Source: Octopus sinensis
Taxonomy: Eukaryota
Assembly (NCBI RefSeq): GCF_006345805.1
Contig: NC_043000.1
Span: 16,740,001 to 16,804,000, forward strand
DNA: 64,000 nt
Reading direction: 5' to 3'
Below the pieces are notes generated by a model, which was not told the origin of the DNA, did no database searches, and saw nothing but the letters and a program-made list of their open reading frames with translations. The stretch's first letter is position 1. The number at the start of each line of letters is the position of its first letter. Positions 1 through 13,200 of the stretch are shown one piece after another. Position numbers and translations under genes: made by a program.

Positions 1-187
1 CGTGGAACAAGCTGCCAGACGAGATGGTGAAGATGCCGACGACCGCTTTGTTTAAAGTCTCCCTTGACCTCAAGTGGCCTGAACTCTTTACATGAACACC
101 AGCCTGTACTTAACTCCATGTTCCCCTACATGGCCTTGCTTTTTGCTTTTGAGCCAAAAAATTAACTAACTAACTAACTAACTAACT
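1..187 (+). mobile_element. CR1-clade LINE 3' end with (TAAC)n tail
   Basis: Encodes WNKLPDEMVKMPTT...LDLKWPELFT*; homologous to the 52.6-53.0 kb copy; tail at 162-187. Confidence 0.85.
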
Positions 188-1675
188 GTCACCATCCTTA
201 ATGTCCAGTAACTGTCACATCTCACATGTGAATAAACTGCCTTCATCTTCTCCACATATGAATTAACTGCATATATAAAATATATTTGCCAACTAAATGT
301 GGTGGTCCTATAGAGGATGGTGCTACTGTTGTTTTTAGCCCCAGAAAGACATCTTCCCTAGCTGTCTGAAACATCATGTATCATTTTATCTATTTTATAA
401 ATGTAATATTCACTTCCCAGACATTTGTACATTAATGCATATGCTTTATACGCACTTTTGACAAGTTGTGGTGCACCTGAGCACTGTATACAATAATTTC
501 ATTATTATTATTATTATATTATAATATTTTTTCTAGTTGCAGTTGCAATCAAACAACAAAGGTCACAAGGTCAATTAGACCCAAAACATATATAATAGAA
601 ATAAGTATTATGAAGAGATATGAAATATTTGTCAAACGAAAATTGAGAATGTCACAAAAAAAAAAACAAACAAAAAAAAACCCCTCCACTTAAATTGGCT
701 GATTAACAGCCAAAAAACAACAGGCCACATGTTTTCTTTTAATGACTGGCATATTTTCCTTCCAAAACATTGACCGTGAAACTTATCAGTTTGCAATTTC
801 ATGATGATTAGAAAAATAATCTTAAATATCTTTTAATAATAAAATCCTTAATGAGTAAAACTTAACCATTTTGATACCACTCCACTTGTACCAGGCCTTA
901 AGTTTTATGATACAAAATTGTCAAGTTTTAAAAGTGTTTCTATTAAAATTGAAGCTTTCCAACATTTTTTATAAGAACATTTCATGTTCTAAATACCAGC
1001 TAATTAATGAAAAAGTTATTTATTTTATTTTATTAAGATCTCCAAATTCTTGAATATTTTCCAGTTTGAAATGCAAAAACTGTGTTTTTCATCAGAAATA
1101 TGCTAACAAAAAGGTTAATACTGTTCTCAAAATATTTTCACAGAAATATCTGTATAGTTTTGGTCTAAATGACTCTAAAACTTCTCTTGTTTAATTGCAA
1201 CCTCAACTGAGCATTAAAAATATAGCAATTTTATTTCAACAAGCACATTATACATTTATGAGCTCATAACTAAAAAAAGAAAGAAAGAAAAAAGACTCTT
1301 ATAAAAATAATTTTTTATCAATCAGACATGGCACTTAACTCCTTGTCTTTTATTTAGTTTAGGTATGAACATCTCAAGGATTATTGTTGCTTAGTTATAA
1401 AAGTATGCAGTCTGAGTTACAAAATGTCACAGTCACCTCAATGTGGAGACCTGGAATGTATGACCTTTAAGTAATCTGAGAATAACAACACAAATGGTAA
1501 CAGTAAGGTGGATCAGTGGTTAAAGTACCAGGCTACTAGTGCATTAATCCTGGGCTCAAATCTGTTACAAGTGTTTTGTCTTTCTGGGCACTTAACTCAG
1601 CTGTAGTCAGAAATAGGTACCTGGTTATTGGCAGGTGGTGATGGAGGAAACAATGCTATTTGTGATAGATTGTCG

Positions 1676-1897
1676 TCATGTAAAGAGTTCAGGCCACTTG
1701 AGGTCAAGGGAGACTTAAAACAAAGCGGTCGTTGGCATCTTCACCATCTCGTCTGGCAGCTTGTTCCACGAATCCGCAACCCGGATGGAGAAAGATCCTC
1801 TCCTTTGATTGAAATGAAATCGTCGCAGGTAGAGATTTTCGGAATGACCCCGCAGCCGACGCTCTGGTGCAGGAGTGAAGAACAGATCTTTCAAGAG
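1676..1897 (-). mobile_element. CR1-clade LINE ORF2 C-terminal fragment
   Basis: FFTPAPERRLRGHSENLYLRRFHFNQRRGSFSIRVADSWNKLP, the RGH...RV...WNxLP CR1 motif. Confidence 0.85.
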
Positions 1898-2255
1898 AAT
1901 GTGTCCCACCTGCTTGCTCTATGCAGTTCCAACTGTCATGGTATCAGGTTTATTTGAGGATATTAGCTTCCACAGAGAAATGTCTCACCCACAGGAAGAT
2001 TTCTTTCCTACTCGTTTGCTTCCCACTGTAAAACTGGCATTAAGCACTGAGCCTTTAAAACCATTTAGTAAGCATCTGTATATTTGATATCATATTTACA
2101 GACATGAAGTGAGCTGCAAACCAAAGCTGATAGGGTGTTGAATAATTCAAATCCTGGAAATGACACAACATTGAGCATGTGGCCAAAGCACAATTTTTGA
2201 AACAGATCAGTCCATTTAACTGCTTGTAAGATACTCCAGGATGGGAACATATGTT

Positions 2256-2487
2256 TATTTCTTTATTGCCCACAAGGGGCTAAATATAGAGGGGACAAAC
2301 AAGGACAGACAAAGGGATTAAGTCGATTATATCGACCCCAGTGTGTAACTGGTCCTAATTTTATTGACCCCGAAGTATGAAAGGCAAAGTCGACCTCAGC
2401 GGAATTTGAACTCAGAATGTAGCGGCAGATGGAATACCGCTAAGCATTTCGCCCGGCATGCTAACGTTTCTGCCAGTTTGCCGCCTT
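2256..2487 (-). mobile_element. tRNA-derived SINE family A, full copy; other copies at 3360-3700, 6150-6312, 13610-14030 and 21837-21957
   Basis: Head ggcggc(g)agctggcagaaacgttagc...gagttcaaattccgc, core gaggtcgactttgcctttcatcc, tail gtgggcaataaagaaata; ggaacatat repeated in both flanks. Confidence 0.8.
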
Positions 2488-3733
2488 TGGAACATATATT
2501 ACTTGTAAGCAGAAGTACTGTATAATCAACAAGTGTTTTATCAAGTCACAATGTTAGACTCAGTTTGTCCTGTAGGTAAAGTCACCAGCTGTTTGACTTA
2601 TCCCAAGATACAGTAGATGAAGACCTGAAGTGCTTCATGATGTTCCTATGACCCAGAGTGCAAGGTTACACTCCACACACAGGTAGTAAATACTCAGTCC
2701 AACAGACTTACAACCAGACCTTTAGTGTTACTGTTTTCCTTCCTCTATATTTTATTTCTACTCAGACTGCTGTTTGTGGACAATGTTATGGTGCAGTGGA
2801 GGTTGTCCTAAATACGGAGCTAGGAACTGGTTGGAGAAATTTCCTTTTCCGTATAGATACAGTAATGAGGATATATAGAGTGGTTTGTCTGTTGCCAACT
2901 TGTTACCGATATAGACATCATCAAGTGAAACGCTAAGGCATGGTGATAATAATGATGATGCTGGTCAATCATCATTGACATCTTCATCATATCACAATTA
3001 AATTAAGGCTTCATGCTTTGTTTATGAAACAGCAGAATACTTAGTTTTTCTTTGAAAATCCATTCTTAACAGACTAACCAATAATCTTAACAGACCAATC
3101 AATAATATTTAAAAATTGTAACAACACACATGAAATACAGTTTAACAACGCATACAACACATCAAGATAATATTGATTTCTAACATAGGCACAAGCCTCA
3201 ATTCTTTTTCTTTTTTTGGTGGGGTAGGGTGAGTATTGTGAATTAAGATCAACAACAGATGTTTATTTATTAATCCTGGGACATAGGCTTGGAAACAGGG
3301 GGTGCAGGGGTGTGTGCTTGCACTCCCTAAAATTTTGTGGGGCGCAATGAAAATGCTTTGAACATCCCAAGTTAGACTGGGGTTTGCACCCTCTAAGCAA
3401 ATTTTGTTCCAGTGCTTATGCCCAGAAGGATGAAAGGCAAGGTTGACCTTGGTGGGATGTGAACTTAGAACATAAAGTGGTGCATATTCAGGCATTTAAT
3501 CCACTCCGGCAATTAAAATAATATTGGTTTCAAATTTTAGCACAAGGCCAACAACTTTGGGGGAGGAGGTAAGTCGATTATATTGCTCCCAGTGCTCAAC
3601 TGGTACTTATTTTATCGACCCCTGTAAGGTAAAGTAACCTCGGCAGGATTTGAACTCAGAATGTAAAAGATGGACGAAATGCTGCTCTGCATGCTTAACA
3701 ATAAAATAAGAAAAACTTGAAAGAAGGACTTAC

Positions 3734-3958
3734 CCAAGAAATTTGACTCCAACAGGCCCCATCTCGAGAATGCGGCTAGCAAGTGCCTCACCTTCATTGA
3801 GGGGAGGCGGATGGCTTAATTTTTCTCTTTTAATCAGCTTGCAGGTTACTCTTGTGGGCATGTATGCTTTCCGAGGTGGAATGATGATACGTACTCCGGA
3901 GTGACGGCTACCCCGCATGGCCCCACCGCGTGCATCCACCATAAAACTGACCAGGAAA
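3734..3958 (-). CDS. Ank2: Ankyrin first ZU5 (spectrin-binding) exon ([30 protein letters not shown]...[21 protein letters not shown]), 225 nt, phase 2 to 2
   Basis: Hallmark [16 protein letters not shown] motif; acceptor ccacag|T, donor GG|GTAAGT. The next exon (PVIxExPHF) was not found in 1-3733, so the gene continues beyond the window. Confidence 0.97.
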
Positions 3959-4184
3959 CTGTGGACGGTGATGGTCATTTTTAGTTAAACAGTGAGGAAA
4001 CAGAACAAACAAAATATATGTGTGTGTGTGTGTGTGTATGGGTATATACACCTATGGATGAATATGTACTGCTAGGTATGGGTGTGTACTTCTCTAACCC
4101 TCAAACAGTATGTGCGTGAGAGAGAGAGAATGCAAGCAGTGGTGTACTGCTCCGAAAGACGAAAGAAAGCAGGAAAGAGGTTAC

Positions 4185-4226
4185 TGAAAGTTTCGAAAAG
4201 TTATACAGTCTGGTTCCATTCGGTTC
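4185..4226 (-). CDS. Candidate 42-nt cassette microexon (NRMEPDCITFRNF), phase 2 to 2
   Basis: ggtttttattcacag|G...CA|GTAACC; in frame between exon G and ZU5; contains an ATG and CpGs. Confidence 0.5.
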
Positions 4227-4813
4227 CTGTGAATAAAAACCTCCAATAAAACATGTAAAGAAAGGTTTTTCCACCACCAAGAAGATTATCGCCTTAGGAC
4301 TTTCATCAGCTATTTCAAGTAACACAGCAAATCCCAGTAAAAGAGTGAGTGAGAGGATGTGTGAATGAAAGAGAGAGAGAGAGAAGAGAAGAGGAAGCAT
4401 GTGTGTGTGTGTGTGTGTGTGTGTGTTTGAGGTGGGTGGGCTGTCTGCTGCTACTACACACAGTATAATACACCACCACCACCACCACAACCACTACCAT
4501 CATTAATACAGTGCATTTAGATTAGACTGCCTTTACTCCTCAACCTTCTCCTCCAGCCCTCCATCCCCCCCCCACATCACACTACCTTACCAACAACCCA
4601 GCAGACAGACCTGCGGCAGCCGCCCGCCCCCCCCGGTGGCGGTGGCGGTGAGATGTGAGGGTGGTGGTAGAGAGAGAGAGAGAGAGGGAGAGGGAGAGAG
4701 AGGGGAACCACCAAACCAACCACTCCTTTTTAACATGATGCCATTCTCAAGTTCTGGAGTAGAGATGAATCAATTGAAGTAACATTCTCTGAATTATTCC
4801 AGTATATATATAT

Positions 4814-4875
<62 letters not shown>

Positions 4876-5388
4876 TGTGTGTGTGTGTGTGTGTGTATTA
4901 TTGTATAGATGTCAAAGTTGGTTTGTGTTGGTGGTGGTAGATGCCCCAGGGTTGGCTAACATAAGGAAACTTTTCAACACATTGCTACTTCTGTTACTTA
5001 TTTTACATGCCACCCTTATAATAAATACCCTGCTAGAATTTTTATTATATAGAAGATCAGTAGGAGTAGTAGTAGTAGTATAAATAGCTGTAAGACTGCT
5101 ACTCTGATACAAAGTTTTCTAATCTTTTCCTCTTATTACTTCTTTGGAAGTCTCTTTTTCTGTACTCAATAAGGGTAGCAGGAATTTCTCCCCGCCCCCT
5201 AGGGCAGTGACTGTAGTAGGAGTCTCTCCCCCTAGAGCAGTAGCTGTAGTAGTAGGTTACCATGGAAAGCAGTGGCTGTCATAGTAGCAGTCTCTCCACA
5301 ATAGTAGCAGTCTTTCTATTACAGCAACAGCTGTAGTCTACCCACTGTAATAGTAGCTTTAATAGTCTATAGAGTACAGATAAAGTAG

Positions 5389-5772
5389 TGGAGGCGCAAT
5401 GGCCCAGTGGTTAGGGCAGCGGACTTGCGGTCATAGGATCGCGGTTTCGATTCCCAGGCTGGGCGTTGTGAGTGTTTATTGAGCGAAAACACCTAAAGCT
5501 CCACGAGGCTCCGGCAGGGGATGGTGGTGATCCCTGCTGTACTCTTTCACCACAACTTTCTCTCACTCTTACTTCCTGTTTCTGTTGTACCTTGTATTTC
5601 AAAGGGCCGGCCTTGTCACTCTCTGTGTCACGCTGAATATATCCCTGAGAACTGCGTTAAGGGTACACGTGTCTGTGGAGTGCTCAGCCACTTACACGTT
5701 AATATCACGAGCAAGCTGTTCCGTTGATTCAGATCAACCAGAACCCTTGTCGTCATAACTGACGGAGTGCTT
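5389..5772 (+). mobile_element. tRNA-derived SINE family C; related subtypes at 14244-14527 and 16859-17160
   Basis: ggaggcgcaatggcccagtggttagggcagcggac...ggtttcgattccc carries A-box and B-box motifs. Possibly one of the described octopus OK/OR tRNA-SINE families (not verified). Confidence 0.8.
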
Positions 5773-7568
5773 CCAATCCAACAGATAAAGTTACCTAAAG
5801 TTTGTTTCAAGCCTCCAGGTTCATAATGCTGGGGTTTATTTGGGATACTGAGAGTATGAGGCCACATCCTCTAAATGGGATGCCAAACCAATGCAGGGTT
5901 AAAATTCCAGCCTACCACTGGTTCTCATTTTTCAGTCAAGCGGACTGGAGCTACATGAAAAGAAACGCCCTGCTCAAGGACGCGATGCTGCCCAGCCTGG
6001 AAATTGAACTCCTGGCCATACAATCGCGAGTCCAACACTTTCACCACTAGGTCATGCGACTTTGCATTTAGCCTTCATTTTATACCATGACTTTAATAGT
6101 TATTCTCTACTCCATGTAAATATTTACTAATTTAAATACATATATATATATTTCTTTATTGCCCACAAGGGGCTAAACATAGAGGGGACAAACAAGGTCA
6201 GACAAAGGGATTAAGTCGATTACATCGACCCCAGTGCGAAACTGGTACTTTATCGATCCCCGAAAGGATGAAAGGCAAAGTCGACCTCGGTGGAATTTGA
6301 ACTCAGAACGTAACATATAAGGCTGGTATATAAGCAATGCACTTATAAGTATATATATCCATACTGCACAAATAATAGTATTATCTCCACTTCAGCATTA
6401 GCTGTAATAAGTACTATCATTTCTATAGCATTAGCCGGAACAGTTTGCACACACTACAGCTGTGGCTTTAAAAGGTTTCTGTTATAACAGTATAGGTAGC
6501 AGTGGTCTCTGGTATAGCAATAGTTGATAATACAGAGTAGAAGAGTTGGTAAGGGAAAGACAAGAAGAGGAAATGGCAATTCACACACAAATCAGAAGTG
6601 TGTGTGTGTGTGCTTGTGTGTGGTGGTAATGGTAGAGGTAGTAGTAGTGGTGGTGGTAATGGTAGAGGTAGTAGTAGTGGTGGTGGTTGCGGCAGTTGGT
6701 GTTTATGTAGGTAAGATTACACAGGTACTAGTGTGTTCCTGGGTGTTCATATAATGGCACACACACACAGAGTTACTTGTGTATGTATGTAACAAGATTA
6801 CCTACCATCAGTGTGTTTGTATGTGTGTGTGTGTGCAATTGTTTGTGTGTGTGTGCATGTATGTGAAAGAGAGAGGGAGAGAGAATATGAGAAGTGGAGG
6901 TTGTCATTTTTAGGTTGAATAATTCATTAATATAACTAAAACTAAACACCCCACGCCCCTCCTCCAAATCTGGGTCAACACTTTGGAGTGGGTGGAGGGG
7001 GAGGGGCATGCCGGTACTGGAACAAGAGAAACTATTCCTACCATAACAAATCCAACAGGGCAAATCAACCGGTGATTAAAAATGGCCCCATTCCCCACTT
7101 CAAGAGCATGGGGGTGGGTTAGTAGCAGAGGAGGAGGAAGAAGGTAACAGAGTCAGGATGTCAGTGGCAACAGGTGTGGATGGAGGTCTGCTGACATCCC
7201 CAATCCCAGAGGAGTGAAGGGTGGGGGGGGGTAAAGAAGGAAGGAAAGAAAAAAAATCAAGGAACAAAATCAACTTTAGATAGGGACAAATCACTCCTCA
7301 CACTCCCTCTCTGACCCCTAATTTGAGAGAGGGACCAGGGTGGGGGGAAGTCGTCAGTGTGAAGGGGAATCTGAGGTGAACAGTTCTGGGACAGTAAAAG
7401 TTACTTGCTTGATAGATTGGGGCAGGGCAAGAAGGCCCAGTTACAGCGCCCCCAACCCAATCCAATCCAATCCAACCTCACCCCTATGTCACTACAGCTA
7501 CATGGATATCAAGATGGGTCTGGGTGAAGTAGAGAGAGAGATAGCATTGCTGTACTTGAGAATTCTAC

Positions 7569-7595
7569 CTTGGCAGCAGTGGAGCTATGTGGTGG
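7569..7595 (-). CDS. Candidate 27-nt microexon (HHIAPLLP), phase 2 to 2
   Basis: (CT)n...cctcttcacag|C...AG|GTAGAA; frame-preserving. Confidence 0.35.
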
Positions 7596-7616
7596 CTGTG
7601 AAGAGGTGTGTGTGTG

Positions 7617-7679
<63 letters not shown>

Positions 7680-7763
7680 GTAAAAGTCAACCATTCTAAG
7701 CTGCCACACCACATAAGGGGGAAGGTGTGTTGCGCCTGATGAAAACTGACAATAGAAGGTTAC

Positions 7764-7787
7764 CCCCCTAGTAGTGGTGATGGTTCC
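7764..7787 (-). CDS. Candidate 24-nt microexon (EPSPLLG), phase 2 to 2
   Basis: tctattgatttcctag|G...GG|GTAACC; frame-preserving. Confidence 0.4.
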
Positions 7788-8320
7788 CTAGGAAATCAAT
7801 AGAGTAGACTAGGGAAAAATATAGAATATCAGGGAAGAGTAACTGAAGTATTGTTTACTATTGTTATATATTACATACATACATACACACATACTAATAT
7901 AAAGAATCAAAATGACAGTGTTTATATACACATTTATATATATATACGCAGAGAAATCACAAATAGTTATATATTCCCACCCATTGCCAACCTTTCATAT
8001 CTCAAACCACCATGAATGACTATACAAACTTAATTAAGTATTTGGTGTCTGTAATTTATTTAATGAATTTCAGTAGAGTGGAAATTTAATGAGTGTCAGT
8101 TTGAAAAAGGCAATTAAATTATATTGGCATACCCCCACACACACATACAAATTAAGTGAAAAGAGTATCATAATTATTAAGTACAAACATACAAGCATAT
8201 AGTAGAATGGTATTTATAAATATATGACGTCACATAGATACATAAACATTTATAAATGTATATTTCTCACTGTATAAGAATGAGATTATAAACAAAGCAC
8301 ATTATAATAAAACTATATTT

Positions 8321-8719
8321 CTCTTTCACTTATTTCAGTCATTTGACTGCGGCCATGCTGGAGCACCGCCTTTAATCGAGCAAATCGACCCCAGGACTTA
8401 TTCTTTTGTAAGCCCAGTACTTAGTCTATCGGTCTCTTTTGCTGAACTGCTAAGTAACGGGGACATAAACACACCAGCATCGGTTGTCAAGCAATGCTAG
8501 GGGGACAAACACAGACACACAAACACACACACGCATACTCATATATACATATATACGACAGGCTTCTTTCAGTTTCCATCTACCAAATCCACTCACAAGG
8601 CTTTGGTCGGCCCGAGGCTATAGTAGAAGCCACTTGCCCAAGGTGCCACGCAGTGGGACTGAACCCGGAACCATGTGGTTGGTAAACAAGCTACTTACCA
8701 CACAGCCACTCCTGTGCCT
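8321..8719 (-). mobile_element. tRNA-derived SINE family B, full copy
   Basis: Head ggcacaggagtggctgtgtggtaag...ggttccgggttcagtccc (A/B-box-like), internal (TA)(TG) tract, tail ggtgctccagcatggccgcagtcaaatgactgaaa. Confidence 0.8.
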
Positions 8720-9473
8720 ACATAATGCACATATACAGATGTATACATACATATTGTACATATATGTGTGAGCACATATCATAGATGTGTGTGTACATTA
8801 ATATATATTTACTTATTATTCTTATACAAGAATGTTGTTGACAGTAACTTTGAAGTTTCAGCCAGCTGAGCCATCATTGGACTGGTCAAATCATCAAAGT
8901 AACTGTCAATAACATTCTTGTGTAAGGATAATAAATCTGTACTCTTACAAGAGTATAGAGTAACCCACCAAATTAGTAACAAATTGTTTTTATTATAACT
9001 GAGCATAAAAACAAACATTTATATATATGTGTGTGTGAAATAAGAGTTTGATTCAGTTCCACATGGCTTCAAGTTTAGTGGGTGCCTATTGTATGTCCCA
9101 TCTCCGAGGATTTAAGGAGCTGAAACAAACTGTTATTTAACACATGTACTCCAAGCAAATCTGTTGAGTGCTGCTTTCTTTTGTTCATATATACAGGGTG
9201 CGATGGGTAAATTGTTGCCACTTTACATTTTTAATTTCGTGCATGTGCATTGTTTGTTTTTGATTTTATTGACTACACAGTATAGTAGAGTCAGTTGGGC
9301 ACCGTCTGTGACAAAAACAGCACCATTGTGCAATTCACTCTGCCAGAAATTTGGAAACGACATGCTGTACTGCTTGGCATTCACACCAGGGTCGAGTTGC
9401 TCGACTAAAGGTGGTGCTCCAGCATGGCCGCAGTCAAATGACTGAAACAAGTAAAAGAGTAAAGAGTATATAT

Positions 9474-9504
<31 letters not shown>

Positions 9505-9879
9505 CACACATACATATATATATATGGGGAAAAAGAGTTTAAAATATGAATAATGTTAATACTAGACTATAAAAATGTGTTGTAATATTAAAATTCTCTT
9601 CTCGCAGCACACTAAAATCATTCGTAATTTGATGCTCTGTTGAATTGAAATCACAAGTCAAAGGGTTGACTTGGAGCTAGACAACAACAATTAGATTCTT
9701 AGAATTATACAATGTGCATAATGCTATCATAAAGATGACTACTGTTCTCTCATTGGGTTCCATGCCTATAGAAGCAAAATAATTATTTGTTAAGAATCCC
9801 AGGAGGATCATTTATTACCTCTACTGACAACAAAGAGCTTTTTTCTCTTGCAATGAAGAGCAAATTATATAATGCTTGT

Positions 9880-10235
9880 GTACAAAGTGTGATGTTACAT
9901 GGACATTGAATCTGGAGCATGTGTGAAAGTTGGAAAGAAATGGTGCAAGCATGCTGGATGTGCACGAGAGAAAACTGTGCCAGTATGGACATGTTATGTA
10001 TATGATGGATGGTGGGTAAAGAAAAAAAATAATAAATGCCAAGTGATTCAAGTGGATGGAACTTGCAGAAGAGGAAAACCAAGGTAGACATGGGAAGAAC
10101 TGATGAAAACTTAACTCAAGAGTTTGAACCTCATAAAGGAGATGACAAACAATGATCACAAGTTGTAAGACACTCTGATGGGGAACACCTGTCCAACCCA
10201 TGCTAGCATGGAAAAAAATGAATGTAAAAGTGATG
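9880..10235 (+). mobile_element. RTE-clade LINE 3' fragment (decayed)
   Basis: Encodes GTCRRGKPR*TWEELMK...LNL..EMT, an RTE C-terminal motif; ends catgctagcatggaaa...gatga. Confidence 0.65.
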
Positions 10236-13200
10236 AGTATTCTTTACTTTATTGAAACCAATTGCAAATTATTGTATCTATTTTGATACTTTATTGAAGT
10301 GAGCTTTACCAGGGAGCTGAACAACCCCCAGTTTTCCAAAAGAACACTGTTTAATAATGACATGTGTGCACCCAGTACACTCAGTAAAGTGGCTGGTGAA
10401 TGAATGGAGTGTGTTAGATAAACACAAACTATGCAATCTGTAATATCTAGAGCAGTTGACCTGCTAAAAATAGCAGCCAAATCTAAAAAAAGATTAGATA
10501 AAGCAGTCATGGATACCCTCCAAAAAGACAGAAAGGTTACAACTGATATGCCTTTGATCTACTATCTGCTCTGTCATGTGACAGTTATAAATGAGCATCA
10601 CCATCATACAAATGGGGCCATTCATTTCCTATCTGCTAGGAAAATATGTCTGGTCATAGGGAAATATTATCTTAGAAACAAGATGAAGTGTGGGTGACAG
10701 GAAGAGCATGTCAGCTGTAGAAAATCTGCTTCAATGAATTGTCTGACCATGCTAGCATGGAAAATAGGCATTAAAATAATGACGAATCCCTAGACATACA
10801 CACATGTAGGGTGTAACTTCAAGGATACATAACACGAGTTTCTAGACACTTAAGATTACATATATCTTTAGTAACTCAGACAGAAATATTCAATGTGATT
10901 TCAAGAAAATACACACAAAACCTAGAACAGTATATTTCTGCTGAAATACAGGAATGAAACCATTCCCCCATCTCCTTATCCAGTGAACATTTGCATAGTG
11001 AGGTAAGCAGATATATGATAGTTCCCAACTGTAAACATTCCTATTGTACATCCTGATAATGTAGTATATAGGGCTTGCTTTAAAGGTCAAAACATACTCT
11101 ATTCAGTTAAATAGCTATATATCTTGGTAAAAGAGAATTTGACAATAACATTTAAAGACACCTCTTGACCCACTGTTGTGCTGCCTCTCTCATCATGTTA
11201 TATATAGTTTGAGAGCACTTTAGCTTTTCATGACCAGAATACTTACAACAACAGTATCAAATTAATAACATGGTGGAGAATTTCCTTCTTACTCCTTAGT
11301 TACCGAGCCCAACCGTAGTAGCCCAATATATTTAATTTAGCATGATGATTTATTTAAATGTATCTCTGAATTAATTTGATATTATTATTAACTTAATCCG
11401 ACAATATCCAGTGTTTTTAGTACTTAATGCCCAACTGAAAAATTAGGAAAACAAACTATAGAGTATAAACTGCTGAATGGCTCTTTAAGGGACAGAGAAA
11501 GATTTGAAAGAGGAAAATAGCAACAGAATTTCAAGGTCAGAAATGAACTTAGCAACAACCACAAATACTAAAAACTAAATCTGTTATTAACAATGAAACC
11601 AGAAGCCAGGTTATTTGGATCCACCTAAGCCACGTTCTTAGCAATAATACCTGTAATTTTTCTCCCTTTTCATTAAGCTTTCTAAGGTACAATAAGAGTT
11701 TTCAAGCAGAATATGAAAACCTGGTGAGTGAGGGGTGTAGCGAGGCTCAAGCAAACCTCTAACTATAGATTAGTAAACATTTCAAACAATTTACTCTGTG
11801 GAATTTGTGAATTCCCCTTCCTACTGCTTTAAGCACCAAGACAAAAATAGTTTCATTGACACACCAGAATTCTTCAGCAGGTGAGTTGCAGCTTCAGTGC
11901 AATGATATAGCACCGGCAGACACCCCCACACATAAACACAGGTTTTATAATGTAGCAAAAGGCAAGACTACTATTCTAGTTACGCTTGCCAAATGCTATT
12001 GAAACAACAACTTGAATTAAAAACTAAATTTCAGGATTCTCAACACAACATTAATGAAAACTAATCATACATACTTTACCAAATTTGGAAGACAGTTTAC
12101 AAGCAATGTCTTTGTATGACTCTTAGGGAAGAAGAGATGTTAAAAAATGCCGGTGGGTTTACATGACCTTGATTTGTGACAAGACTAGGAATGATATCAA
12201 TATTTCTCTCAATCTAACCTTTTCAATACAACAGACAAGATAGCCTCCAACAAACTCCCTGATAAGGGCCACAAATAATCCTTAGGATGAGACACCCTAA
12301 AATTAAGGCAAAGATGACCCAGTAATTTGGTTTTTATATTTCAGAAATTTAAAATAAAAATTATAAATATGCTGCATCATTTCCATATATGTTGGAGAGA
12401 GAGCATCAAATTTAGACATTTGTATGAGGTCTGAAAAAGAAGCAAAGCTTCCAGCTAATTTCACCGAAACATACAAAATGAAGTGTCTTGCTTCATAAAA
12501 CCCTAATTGAGAAATAGTGACCTCTCAATGTTTCATGTAACTTCTCATGTAAATGTCAAAATTTGTACTTCAGTTGAGAAGAACAGTTGTTGAATCTTTT
12601 GAAATACCAAACATAATAATAGTATTAATTTTAAGCTCCCCCCCAGATAATCTTGGACTGAAATTCCAAGATCTCATTGTAAGGTATCTATCTCACCACG
12701 GAATAATAAGCAAACTATGTTGTCAAGAGAAAAACTGATGAACTAACGCCAACCAAGATTCTTTGGTGAAGTTGATTCAAGAGAGATAAGATGAACATAA
12801 ATAGTACAGCCAATCTACAGAAAGCACACAAGAATTTTGGTTTTCCTGCCATTTTCTACTTTCTTTCATAAAGAAAAAAGTAAAGAAAAAAAAAAGAAAA
12901 ACAAAACAAAAACAAACCTATTTATACTTGAGATTAAGTGAATTATTTAGAACTATCCAAAGAACATTTTGGAACAAAGAAACAGTTCTTTGGTGTCAGA
13001 GAACAAATTAAAAAACAAAAAAAGAACAAAGCACACACAAAAAAAAGAAACACAAATGAATAAAAAAACAAAGGTTTAGAACCATTCTAGATATGGTCGT
13101 ACATGAATGAAGTCATTTGTAGATAGACTTTAGGTTTGTCTGAGATAACATGTTTTGAGAGAGAGAGAGAAGAAAACAAGGTGTGTTTTGTGTTGCAATG

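Noticed and set aside
5389-5465. tRNA-like sequences at SINE heads (also 16859, 29090-29160 and 54079)
   Set aside because: They continue into SINE bodies and lack a proper acceptor stem; not tRNA genes.
11020-11890. Three strong plus-strand donors (gtaagc, gtgagt x2) suggesting an antisense transcript
   Set aside because: No matching acceptors or ORF; this frequency is compatible with chance.
13087-13140. Terminal-exon-like DKPKVYLQMTSFMYDHI*
   Set aside because: Needs a phase-1 donor, but the upstream exon G ends in phase 2.
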